DNA of 35,921 nucleotides from the IMG/VR virus record IMGVR_UViG_3300014656_000075, positions 1 through 35,921 of that record, one strand, 5' to 3'. How positions within the stretch are numbered: the stretch's first letter is position 1; the number at the start of each line of letters is the position of its first letter. The stretch comes from a virus. Lineage: Duplodnaviria > Caudoviricetes. Made by a program: the position numbers and the translations under genes. Positions 1 to 7,335 of this stretch are shown here, one piece after another. The notes below the pieces were generated by a model. The model searched no databases. It saw only the letters and a program-made list of their open reading frames with translations, and was not told where the DNA came from.

Positions 1-58
1 TACCAAAATTATTAATAGGTTTTAGGCACTCTGCCTGATTGAGATTTATCTCTGTCAT
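1..58 (-). CDS. Partial hypothetical protein (MTEINLNQAECLKPINNFG...), runs off window start
   Basis: ATG at 58 on the minus strand preceded by an AGGAG Shine-Dalgarno (66-70); open to the window edge. Confidence 0.5.
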   Translation of the reverse strand, partial: MTEINLNQAECLKPINNFG

Positions 59-60
59 TT

Positions 61-129
61 CTATTCTCCTAATAAATTTATAATTTTACATTTCACTCTA
101 TCTGGTCTTTTTTGTCGGGTTGTTTTCAT
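61..129 (-). CDS. 22-aa basic micro-ORF (MKTTRQKRPDRVKCKIINLLGE)
   Basis: ATG overlaps the TGA of 126..356 (ATGA coupling) and fills the gap exactly; too short for the ORF track. Confidence 0.35.
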   Translation of the reverse strand: MKTTRQKRPDRVKCKIINLLGE

Positions 130-356
130 AGGTTGTGTGGTGTTTCAGATAATAAAGTTTTTCTGTAAACTGCTGTAATTAAATATCGCCTATTTCCGAT
201 AGTTGTTTCATTCTTGATTTGTAATTTATCAGTATTAGTTTCAACCATTATTTGTCCAGCCTGACACGAGGTAACAATTGACAGTAATTCAAACTTTTGA
301 CTTTTATATTCCTCTAAAGCAGTTTGAGTTCGTTCTTCTTTGGTCATTTTTTTCAT
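126..356 (-). CDS. Hypothetical early protein, 76 aa
   Basis: ORF track; abuts the upstream ORF (TAA-ATG); A-rich leader. Confidence 0.7.
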   Translation of the reverse strand: MKKMTKEERTQTALEEYKSQKFELLSIVTSCQAGQIMVETNTDKLQIKNETTIGNRRYLITAVYRKTLLSETPHNL

Positions 357-596
357 TTATTTTATTAAACTAATAATTTCATAATCATCAGAAGCGTCAG
401 ACTCACCAGTGGTACAAGAAAAACACAATCCACACTCACCGTATTTCCAAATATCTTCCTGTCCACATTGACATTTAATTGGTTTAGCATTTGCCATTTT
501 TTTAAATTCCTCTAAAGTGTGGCTTTTATCAATCCTTATCACTTCTTCTGGTGTTATAAAAGTAAAATTGTTCATTTTATTTTATTAAACTAATAA
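356..596. repeat. 21-bp perfect direct repeat TTTATTTTATTAAACTAATAA at 356-376 and 576-596
   Basis: Read directly; both copies sit at gene junctions and encode the same C-terminus ISLIK-stop on the minus strand. Confidence 0.9.
357..575 (-). CDS. Small Cys-rich (putative Zn-binding) protein, 72 aa
   Basis: CxC...CxxCxxC pattern (CQCG...ECGLCFSC); tightly packed in the operon. Confidence 0.75.
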   Translation of the reverse strand: MNNFTFITPEEVIRIDKSHTLEEFKKMANAKPIKCQCGQEDIWKYGECGLCFSCTTGESDASDDYEIISLIK

Positions 597-657
597 ACCA
601 ACTAATAACTAATAGAACCATCCATAAGGTTAAGAATGCGGTGAAGAATTGTTTCAT
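577..657 (-). CDS. 26-aa single-pass membrane peptide (MKQFFTAFLTLWMVLLVISWFISLIK)
   Basis: ATGA overlap with the stop of 654..1223; almost wholly hydrophobic; fills the intergenic gap. Confidence 0.6.
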   Translation of the reverse strand: MKQFFTAFLTLWMVLLVISWFISLIK

Positions 658-1223
658 AGATCCCACTTAGAACGGCTAGCGTTCCAATCACTAAAATCAT
701 AAACTAATCCCTTTCTAGCATAACGGGCTGTCTGCTCGATGTAGAGCTTATAGAAACATCTAGTATTGTCAACATAGTCCCATCTCTCACCATCACATTT
801 GTAAGCGTCCCAAGTAGACCAAAGAAATTGAAAAACCCCAGTAGCGCTTGAATTTGGGTTCTTAGCATCTGCACGATAACCACTTTCTGCTTCAGCAATT
901 CTAATAGCAGTAGTAATTACTTTATTATCAACTCCAAGTTCTTCTCCCACGTCCCTTATACAGTTAATTACATCGTTGCAGAACGCTCTTTGGGGAATTT
1001 CCTCTGCTTGTACCACCTCAACTACTTTCGTTTCGCTAAGGGGCTTAGAGTGTGTTGCGTCATAGATAGTTTTGGTTAATACGGCAACGGCAAAGGAGGT
1101 AAGAATGGCTATTGAGATCAAAAGCCTAAACAATCTCCTTCTATCCTCTTTTCTTTTGAGTTCTCTAATAGCACGTCCTTTCTTCGTTCTGTAATCTATC
1201 TTCATCAAGTTTCTTATTGTCAT
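654..1223 (-). CDS. Membrane-anchored lytic transglycosylase (SLT/lysozyme-like domain)
   Basis: Basic N-terminus, TM helix LLISIAILTSFAVAVL, catalytic IAEAESG motif, ATGVFQF motif II. Confidence 0.8.
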   Translation of the reverse strand: MTIRNLMKIDYRTKKGRAIRELKRKEDRRRLFRLLISIAILTSFAVAVLTKTIYDATHSKPLSETKVVEVVQAEEIPQRAFCNDVINCIRDVGEELGVDNKVITTAIRIAEAESGYRADAKNPNSSATGVFQFLWSTWDAYKCDGERWDYVDNTRCFYKLYIEQTARYARKGLVYDFSDWNASRSKWDL

Positions 1224-1245
1224 AGTTTTGTAAACTTATAATTTG

Positions 1246-1364
1246 ACTAAGCGACAAGGAGGAAGGCAGGGTAGACCTTTGTCCGGTAGTTCTACTGCCC
1301 CGACTGATAAGGTTTTGACAATACCTTGCCGGAGGCTACTCCACCGTCTTTCCTGTCGCCTAGC
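1246..1364 (-). ncRNA. Candidate multi-branch structured RNA / 5' leader
   Basis: Minus-strand closing stem GCUAGGCGACAGGA / UCCUUGUCGCUUAGU with G-U pairs, enclosing hairpins GGAG/CUCC, AAGGU/ACCUU and GGCAG..GUAGA/UCUAC..CUGCC; directly downstream of a promoter. Confidence 0.55.
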
Positions 1365-1394
1365 TTTTAAAGTTCCATCTGCTTTGTAATTAGA

Positions 1395-1423
1395 ATAATA
1401 CACCCCCATGTCGGGGTAGTCAA
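1395..1423 (-). promoter_or_regulatory. sigma70-type promoter TTGACT-N17-TATTAT with CCCC-N5-GGGG inverted repeat in the spacer
   Basis: Near-consensus boxes with 17-bp spacing; shares 19/23 nt from the -10 box onward with the promoter at 3449-3477. Confidence 0.75.
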
Positions 1424-1431
1424 TAGGCAAA

Positions 1432-1578
1432 TTACTTTACCTTATTTCGTCTTATATAATCAATTAAAGCTATTCGAACAATGTCGTTGTAGGTCATCCC
1501 CTTTTCTTTAAGGGAACGGACACCGTCCATGATTATTTTTGGTAGTCTTAAATGTACTTTAAAGTCTTCTTGGATCAT
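1432..1578 (-). CDS. Ribbon-helix-helix (Arc/CopG/MetJ-like) DNA-binding protein, 48 aa
   Basis: MIQEDFKVHLRLPKIIMDGVRSLKEKGMTYNDIVRIALIDYIRRNKVK: alternating beta strand VHLRLP, helix, G-x-T/S-x-x-D-I-V-R-x-A-L; ATGA coupling; absent from the ORF track. Confidence 0.75.
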   Translation of the reverse strand: MIQEDFKVHLRLPKIIMDGVRSLKEKGMTYNDIVRIALIDYIRRNKVK

Positions 1579-1718
1579 TTTTTAGATTGAATTAATAACT
1601 TATCTAATGCTGTTTCCATATTATCTATCATTCCTTCCGTCATTGTACCTCTATCGGCTAAGAGGGTAAAACGTAGGGCATAGATAGTGGCGGTTACTTC
1701 TTTTCTAGTTAGGGTCAT
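1575..1718 (-). CDS. Hypothetical protein, 47 aa (MTLTRKEVTATIYALRF...)
   Basis: ATGA overlaps at both ends; fills the gap exactly. Confidence 0.65.
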   Translation of the reverse strand: MTLTRKEVTATIYALRFTLLADRGTMTEGMIDNMETALDKLLIQSKK

Positions 1719-2032
1719 GTGAATCCTATCTGTCCCGAAGGACTTAAATTATAAATTGGTTTATTACCAATATACTTCCAGCAACCCACAGGACGACCAT
1801 GGGCTACTTGGCGAGTAGTTTTAACGTATCCGACACACTCCCAATCGCCGGAGTTAAATAACGCACCCCAGCAAACAGGATTAATATCGGAGGGTGTAGA
1901 TACTTCTGCCCTTACATCGTCAACAGTTATATTTCCCTTTTGTTTCCAAATTCTTATTGCTTCCCATCTAGCAAACTCTAAGAACTCTCTACGTTTTTGA
2001 GCGAACAGATCGAATGCTTGTTGTTTGTTCAT
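1715..2032 (-). CDS. Phage hypothetical protein, possible winged-helix fold
   Basis: ITVDDVR...WGALF...HGRPVGCW pattern; operon packing. Confidence 0.7.
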   Translation of the reverse strand: MNKQQAFDLFAQKRREFLEFARWEAIRIWKQKGNITVDDVRAEVSTPSDINPVCWGALFNSGDWECVGYVKTTRQVAHGRPVGCWKYIGNKPIYNLSPSGQIGFT

Positions 2033-2484
2033 TAGATAAAATATTTCTTAACTAATAATTTTTTAGCGGCTTCTGTATTTAATTCCTCTTTATTTTGACC
2101 AATATACTTAACCTCGTATTTTGTGCTTCTTTGAAGTCCTACCCGACTAATTGAAAATATAGCGTTTGTAAAAACTGACAAATTGTTTTCTTGGGCCTGT
2201 TTACAAATTCCGTCTCCAATCATTGGCCCAACATCTAAAACCTTGGCTTCGTTATTTACAAAAGCAATCCATAACCATTTAAGTTTAGGTTCGTTTCCTT
2301 TTAGACACCACCCACAGTCCGGTTTCTCGGTACAAGTTCCTAATGGGACGTAACTAGTAGCTGTTTTCATACCGTGTTTTTTAACCATTCCACCCTCGCT
2401 AATCAAAATGACTTTAGTCTCTCCAATCGGAAACTTTACAAAATCAGTAGGTTTGGTATATGTTTTTAAATCTATTCTTTTCAT
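2032..2484 (-). CDS. Putative gp32-like single-stranded DNA-binding protein
   Basis: H...C-x5-C-x2-C Zn site followed by OB-like strands (KVLDVG...ISRVG...TKYEV); adjacent to the exonuclease. Confidence 0.5.
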   Translation of the reverse strand: MKRIDLKTYTKPTDFVKFPIGETKVILISEGGMVKKHGMKTATSYVPLGTCTEKPDCGWCLKGNEPKLKWLWIAFVNNEAKVLDVGPMIGDGICKQAQENNLSVFTNAIFSISRVGLQRSTKYEVKYIGQNKEELNTEAAKKLLVKKYFI

Positions 2485-3179
2485 AGTTTTAATTTAAGAG
2501 TTTCTGGATAAACGTCTATTAGTGGTGGGTCTTCAATTTTTCCACCGTTTATAGTTAAATAAGTCTGATAGACGTTCATAAAATCATTAACCGTCACGTC
2601 ATCTATTAATTTATATTCATACCCGCATTTATGTTGGCTACCTAATCTTAAAATCCAACATTCGTCTATATTCTCATCAGTAGATTCCTCATAAGCTTGT
2701 TTATAAGCCATGACTTGAAGTTTGTTAGTAAAGTAAATAGCTCCTTTGTTAGTTTTAAAATCGATTAAAATTCTTTTATCTCCGATAGTACACACAAGAT
2801 CAAGAGTTCCAGCGTATTTATTAATTTTAGAAGCTACCATTTGCTCTGTAATCAACGATGTAGGTAAATAAGTGTTGTACCACTCATAGAAGGATAAAAG
2901 TGCTTTCTTGGCTCTTAGAGGGTATTCTTCTAAGGTAATTTCGATTCCATTTAAAAGTTTCTCACAAGCATCATGGACTAGAGTACCGTTTTCTTTTGCT
3001 TTGCTGGATATTTCTTCAATTTCTTCGGGTGTGTTTTGTTTGAAGAAGTTTATAAGTCCATATTCTTTAGGTGCGGCGACATCTAAAATATGAGAAACAG
3101 ATGGCATAAATTCATCATCTACCCAGTAAAAATGAGTATTATCTATTTCTTTTTGAATTATTGAAAATTTTAGTTGCAT
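2481..3179 (-). CDS. PD-(D/E)XK exonuclease (YqaJ/Cas4-like phage recombination nuclease)
   Basis: PSVSHIL, GTLVH, E...YAGTLDL...IDFKT and QxxAY motifs. Confidence 0.85.
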   Translation of the reverse strand: MQLKFSIIQKEIDNTHFYWVDDEFMPSVSHILDVAAPKEYGLINFFKQNTPEEIEEISSKAKENGTLVHDACEKLLNGIEITLEEYPLRAKKALLSFYEWYNTYLPTSLITEQMVASKINKYAGTLDLVCTIGDKRILIDFKTNKGAIYFTNKLQVMAYKQAYEESTDENIDECWILRLGSQHKCGYEYKLIDDVTVNDFMNVYQTYLTINGGKIEDPPLIDVYPETLKLKL

Positions 3180-3412
3180 AGTTTGTTAGTCCAAGACCAA
3201 TCAATAACTCCTTTTTCGACGAATTGTTTGGTTTGGTCATCCCAAATACCGGTCAAACCATCTGGGTAAGGTAACCCCATCTTTTTCAATTTATCTTCGG
3301 CACTCTTTCCGAATTCAATATAAGCCTTAACACGCATGTTCTTATTTTTTGGGTTATATAGACCGTATTTATAAGCGTAATTTAAAGCCACTATAAAATC
3401 TTTGTTTGGCAT
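3170..3412 (-). CDS. Hypothetical protein, 80 aa
   Basis: ORF track; first gene after the promoter at 3449-3477. Confidence 0.7.
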   Translation of the reverse strand: MPNKDFIVALNYAYKYGLYNPKNKNMRVKAYIEFGKSAEDKLKKMGLPYPDGLTGIWDDQTKQFVEKGVIDWSWTNKLCN

Positions 3413-3448
3413 TTTTATTTTAATTTATAACTCTGCTTTGATACTAGA

Positions 3449-3477
3449 ATGATACCCCTATCAGGGGATAGTGTCAA
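3449..3477 (-). promoter_or_regulatory. sigma70-type promoter TTGACA-N17-TATCAT with CCCC-N5-GGGG inverted repeat
   Basis: Perfect -35, 17-bp spacer, intergenic position. Confidence 0.8.
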
Positions 3478-3494
3478 GGGGTAAGTGCAAGTGG

Positions 3495-3689
3495 TTACTT
3501 ACTACCAAATATCTGTTCGGCCACCGTTTGTAAATTCTCTGAAGAAGCTAATTGATGTTTGATACGAGTAGCAATGACACTATCACACTTGAAAGCCCAC
3601 CAATCAGGATCCATATCATTCTTGGGTACATGTCCAAACCACTTTTGCCTAAGAGCGTGTAGTTGAGCTTCTAATTGTTCTTTATTCAT
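3495..3689 (-). CDS. Hypothetical protein, 64 aa
   Basis: TAATG coupling with the initiator gene; GGAGG upstream. Confidence 0.7.
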   Translation of the reverse strand: MNKEQLEAQLHALRQKWFGHVPKNDMDPDWWAFKCDSVIATRIKHQLASSENLQTVAEQIFGSK

Positions 3690-4168
3690 TATTCCTCCAC
3701 CATAGTGTTACCTATTAATTTATATGCTTTTGCCCTTATATGTTTTTGATTATTATTATGATTATGATTTATGGTTTTGATTATAGAGGTATTTGGTACC
3801 CCAGATACCCTATATGGTTTCTCGATACTTAAGGCAATACGTATGTTTTCGGGTATTAATTCAATTTCTCTCTCCACTGCCGTATCGTTTTTAGCACCAA
3901 CAAATCCATTATATCCCCTAGCGTTGGGAACATATACCCAATTATCTTTAAAAACTACTTTTGGAGGTAATAAGGCTTTTGCCTCTTCAATTTCTTTGTT
4001 GCTCAAATGGGTATGAAAACCTATTTTTTTATTGGTTATGTAATAGCAACCAGATAGTCCAATGTCTTGATTGGTTAATAGATAGATAAATAAATATCGA
4101 GCGTTTGTAGTTAGTGCGTCAAACCATTCGTCATCCCAAATTTTAGTCCAAATTATTCGTGTCTTCAT
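3689..4168 (-). CDS. Putative phage replication initiator (N-terminal winged-helix); likely start MKTRIIWTKIWDD at 4168
   Basis: R-x-I-x-T-x-I-W-x-D-x-W...ARYLFIYLLTN...GCY N-terminus typical of phage replisome organisers; low-complexity NHNHNNNQ segment. Confidence 0.65.
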   Translation of the reverse strand: MKTRIIWTKIWDDEWFDALTTNARYLFIYLLTNQDIGLSGCYYITNKKIGFHTHLSNKEIEEAKALLPPKVVFKDNWVYVPNARGYNGFVGAKNDTAVEREIELIPENIRIALSIEKPYRVSGVPNTSIIKTINHNHNNNQKHIRAKAYKLIGNTMVEE

Positions 4169-4328
4169 TGTGTGTGTGTTTAACTGGTAATCCTGTTTTC
4201 TGGTCAATGACGATAAAGCCATTGCCATTACAAGAACCGCATATTAGTTCTCCATGTTTTACCGACCCAAACCCATTACAGACGGGACATTTAGTTGGGA
4301 GGAAACGAGGTGTTTTTGTGTCTTCCAT
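4143..4328 (-). CDS. Small DnaJ-type zinc-finger protein
   Basis: Two CxxCxGxG repeats (CPVCNGFG, CGSCNGNG). Confidence 0.75.
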   Translation of the reverse strand: MEDTKTPRFLPTKCPVCNGFGSVKHGELICGSCNGNGFIVIDQKTGLPVKHTHNEDTNNLD

Positions 4329-4356
4329 GTATGTATCTTAATTTGTAACTAATACC

Positions 4357-4385
4357 ACTTTACGCAATCTCGCAGGTCTTGTCAA
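4357..4385 (-). promoter_or_regulatory. Leftward promoter TTGACA-N17-TAAAGT
   Basis: Perfect -35 and 17-bp spacer in the divergent intergenic region. Confidence 0.65.
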
Positions 4386-4409
4386 GTGAGACCAAATGAC
4401 CTAAACCAT

Positions 4410-4452
4410 ATCAAATTTGATTGATTGTATTATTGTTATGTGGCGATATAAT
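4410..4452 (+). promoter_or_regulatory. Rightward promoter TTGTAT-N16-TATAAT with upstream 12-bp palindrome ATCAAATTTGAT (4410-4421)
   Basis: Perfect -10 at 4447-4452; palindrome read directly. Confidence 0.5.
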
Positions 4453-4462
4453 AAAGAAAACT

Positions 4463-4612
4463 ATGATATTCCACTATATCTCAGACAAAGAAGGTATCGC
4501 CCTATGCGGTAGAAAGATAGAAGAGAAGTATTTAAGTGATGACTGGGGAATGGTAGATTGTAAGAGGTGTTGGGGGAAGAAGGACATGGGAAAAAAGACA
4601 GTGGTGGTATAA
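4463..4612 (+). CDS. Small putative Zn-binding protein ([16 protein letters not shown]...VDCKRC)
   Basis: H...C...CxxC; ATG at 4463 downstream of the -10 box is more plausible than TTG 4421. Confidence 0.6.
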   Translation: MIFHYISDKEGIALCGRKIEEKYLSDDWGMVDCKRCWGKKDMGKKTVVV

Positions 4613-4613
4613 T
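4605..4613 (+). promoter_or_regulatory. Extended -10 promoter TGGTATAAT for the sugar operon
   Basis: TG-N-TATAAT followed by AGGAG (4621-4625) and ATG 4630. Confidence 0.65.
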
Positions 4614-4629
4614 AGCCCAGAGGAGCCAC

Positions 4630-5079
4630 ATGAAAATTGTTGAAACAATAGTAACTGCTTTTTTAAGAGGAAATAAGCTCTTGATTTGTGGAAATGGTGG
4701 ATCGGCGGCAGAAGCTCAGCACATGGCAGGGGAATTGGTAGGTAAATTTAAACTCAACCGAAAAGGATTGCCGGCAATTGCTTTAACTACAGACACTTCA
4801 ATCATTACTTCAATCGGAAATGACATATCCTTCGATAGCATATTTTCACGTCAGGTAGAGGCGTTAGGCAAGCCAGGTGACGTTTTATTGTGTATTTCCA
4901 GTAGTGGCAGGTCATGGAACGTAAACAAGGCCGGAAAAATGGCCTTAGAGATATGTATGGAAGTGATTGATTTACCAAGAGAAGGAAAGGACACACCTGA
5001 GATTCAAGAAAACCAGTTAAAACTTATCCACACTATATGTGAACAAGTGGAAAAGGAGATGTATGAGAATTGGGGTTAA
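4630..5079 (+). CDS. gmhA: Phosphoheptose (sedoheptulose-7-phosphate) isomerase, SIS domain
   Basis: [41 protein letters not shown] and IQE...H motifs. Confidence 0.92.
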   Translation: MKIVETIVTAFLRGNKLLICGNGGSAAEAQHMAGELVGKFKLNRKGLPAIALTTDTSIITSIGNDISFDSIFSRQVEALGKPGDVLLCISSSGRSWNVNKAGKMALEICMEVIDLPREGKDTPEIQENQLKLIHTICEQVEKEMYENWG

Positions 5080-5389
5080 ACGATTAGCGATAGACTTCGA
5101 CGGAGTTTTGTGCGATAGATACGGTATTCCCAGAAGTGTTGATTGGTTTGATTGCCCTCCAACAGTAAATGCAGTTGATGCAATCAAGTATTTAGACAAG
5201 AGTTATGACCTTTATGTCTGCACTAACAGAAGAAGGAAAGAATGGCCAAAGATAAAAGAGTGGCTAAAAGATTGGGGTTTTCCAGATCTTAAAGTAACTA
5301 ACAAGAAACTAATTGGGACTATTGCCTACGTGGATGATAGAGCAATCCGGTTTACTAACTGGTTAGATATTACTAAGTATTTCAAATGA
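5063..5389 (+). CDS. Small capless HAD-superfamily phosphatase
   Basis: Motif I AIDFDGVL, motif II CTNR, K, motif IV YVDDRA; AAGGAG before ATG 5063. Confidence 0.8.
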   Translation: MRIGVKRLAIDFDGVLCDRYGIPRSVDWFDCPPTVNAVDAIKYLDKSYDLYVCTNRRRKEWPKIKEWLKDWGFPDLKVTNKKLIGTIAYVDDRAIRFTNWLDITKYFK

Positions 5390-6339
5390 TCATATCTACC
5401 TGCCCCAGTAGGTTTTCGATGTTTGGAGGTGGCACAGATCTTCCAGAATTTTCTAATAAATACGGAGGCAGGGTCTTAAACATGGCCATTAATCTGCGAC
5501 ATACTTGTACCATAGAGCTAGCTGATAAGTTTAGAATAGAGGCCATGGGAGAAGTAAGAGAGTTTGACAATATACCTCCCAAGAGAGCTGATCCAAAGTT
5601 TGATTTAATTTATTATGTTATGAGGAAGTATGTTGATTTACCTCCTATTCATTTTGTTGATAAATTTGACGGCATACAATCGGCAGGTTTAGGTTCATCA
5701 GCTTCAGCCGCAGTTTCCATGATCGCTGGCTTTAACCGACTAATGAAAAAGAAAGGTAGTATTGGAGATATTGCCCATCAAGCATGGAGGGCAGAAATTG
5801 ACTTAGGGTGGATTTCAGGTAAACAAGACCAATATGCCTCTGCTTATGGTGGATTAAACATGATGGAGTTTGAGAATGGTGATGTTTGGATTGACTCGTT
5901 GCCTCGTGAAATAGCTCTAGGTTTTCAAAATTGGTGTGTTCTATTTTTTACGGGAAAGACCCGACATTCAAGCGATATTCAAAAGTCATTAAAGTCAACC
6001 AACAATGTAGACGCCCTCCTAGAATTAAGGGGACAGACATGGGTAGCAAGAGAGTTACTTTCTAAGGGTGATTTTGCGGGAGTAGGTAAGTTATTGCGTA
6101 AGACGTGGGAATTAAAGAAAAAGACTAATCCCCTAGCGACCAACAAGACGATAGACGAAATGTTTATTAAGGCTTATGGACTGGGGGCTTTAGGGGGGAA
6201 AGTATTGGGGGCTGGCGGTGAGGGTTGTGTTATCTTTATCGTTGACCCTAAAAAAAAAGATAGATTTATTTTGGAGATGGAATTAAAACATTTAGATTTT
6301 TCCGTTTCGTTTGACGGAGTTCAAGTGAGGGAAATTTGA
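5386..6339 (+). CDS. hddA: GHMP sugar kinase, D-glycero-alpha-D-manno-heptose-7-phosphate kinase-like
   Basis: PSRFSMFGGGTD, AGLGSSAS, GKQDQYASAYGGLN, GGKVLGAGGEG; next to gmhA. Confidence 0.85.
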   Translation: MIISTCPSRFSMFGGGTDLPEFSNKYGGRVLNMAINLRHTCTIELADKFRIEAMGEVREFDNIPPKRADPKFDLIYYVMRKYVDLPPIHFVDKFDGIQSAGLGSSASAAVSMIAGFNRLMKKKGSIGDIAHQAWRAEIDLGWISGKQDQYASAYGGLNMMEFENGDVWIDSLPREIALGFQNWCVLFFTGKTRHSSDIQKSLKSTNNVDALLELRGQTWVARELLSKGDFAGVGKLLRKTWELKKKTNPLATNKTIDEMFIKAYGLGALGGKVLGAGGEGCVIFIVDPKKKDRFILEMELKHLDFSVSFDGVQVREI

Positions 6340-6971
6340 TTGGTTTAATATACTGTGCTGGTTATGGGAAAAGACTTGGAAAACTCACTGAGAGTATGCC
6401 CAAATGCATGATGGATGTTAATGGTAAGCCGTGCCTAGAAAGAATAATAGAACACTTTAATTACTATGGTGTGAATAAAATAATCGTCAACACTCACTGG
6501 TGTAATATGAGAATTATGGAATATTTTGGCGACAGACTACTTTATACTTTCGAGCCTGTTCTACTTGGAGAAAGCCAAACACTACAAAGATTAAGGCCTT
6601 GGTTGAAAGACAACTATGTTATTGTGGCTAATGGTGATACGTTAAGCGATGTCAATATTGATAACCTAAAGAGTATATCCATGAGCGGTGGAGTTAACGT
6701 CAGGCATGTCGATAAAGGGATCTATGCTGGATATTCTGTATTACACAAGGATTATTTTAACGGAAATATGGAATTTACTAATTTAATCACTCCTGCCGAA
6801 TGGGTTGACATAGGTGACCCCAATAGGTTAAAATTAGCAAATGAATTATATAAAACCAGTGATGAGGACAAAAGAAGGGAAATTTATAAAAGGGTGCAAG
6901 CTACCTACAGAATGGTACGAAGGGAGAGTAGCTTGGAACAAAGGAAAAAAGATGATTCAAACAACAGGTAA
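6336..6971 (+). CDS. Sugar-1-phosphate nucleotidyltransferase (HddC-like)
   Basis: CAGYGKRL...PKCM, VANGD, WVDIG motifs; nucleotide specificity cannot be determined by eye. Confidence 0.85.
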   Translation: MIGLIYCAGYGKRLGKLTESMPKCMMDVNGKPCLERIIEHFNYYGVNKIIVNTHWCNMRIMEYFGDRLLYTFEPVLLGESQTLQRLRPWLKDNYVIVANGDTLSDVNIDNLKSISMSGGVNVRHVDKGIYAGYSVLHKDYFNGNMEFTNLITPAEWVDIGDPNRLKLANELYKTSDEDKRREIYKRVQATYRMVRRESSLEQRKKDDSNNR

Positions 6972-7335
6972 ATTAAATCCTAATTGGAAGGGTGGAAGTT
7001 TTATACAAGATGGTTATCGTTTTGTTATGAACAAAACACATCCAAAAGCTGTTAAAGGATATGTTTTTGAACATAGATTAGTGGCGGAAAAAATTATTGG
7101 TAGACCATTAAATAAAAATGAAATAGTCCATCATTTAGACGGCAATAGACTTAATAATACAGTTGAAAATATAGTTATATTAAGTAGAGCCGAACATGCT
7201 AGATTACACCTTAAGGGTAAAAAAAGAACACAGGAATTAAAAGACAAGGTTAGTGAGGGATTAAGACGTTATTGGTTAAATAGAAAAGCTAATGCACACT
7301 ATAAAAACGACAGACTACATTTTGAGAGAAATTAA
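6841..7335 (+). CDS. HNH homing endonuclease with NUMOD-like motifs (start may be 6862)
   Basis: YVFEHRLV...EIVHHLDGNRLNNTVENI...H; GKFIKG, AWNKG and NPNWKGG motifs. Confidence 0.85.
   Translation: MNYIKPVMRTKEGKFIKGCKLPTEWYEGRVAWNKGKKMIQTTGKLNPNWKGGSFIQDGYRFVMNKTHPKAVKGYVFEHRLVAEKIIGRPLNKNEIVHHLDGNRLNNTVENIVILSRAEHARLHLKGKKRTQELKDKVSEGLRRYWLNRKANAHYKNDRLHFERN

Noticed and set aside
1295-1350. Hammerhead ribozyme on the plus strand (CTGATAAG followed by a hairpin)
   Set aside because: The core deviates from CUGANGA and no GAAA follows the stem; wobble pairs favour the minus strand.
1236-1430. 64-aa ORF on the minus strand
   Set aside because: Its TTG start lies upstream of the -35 box, so it spans the promoter and the structured RNA; no RBS or recognisable motif.
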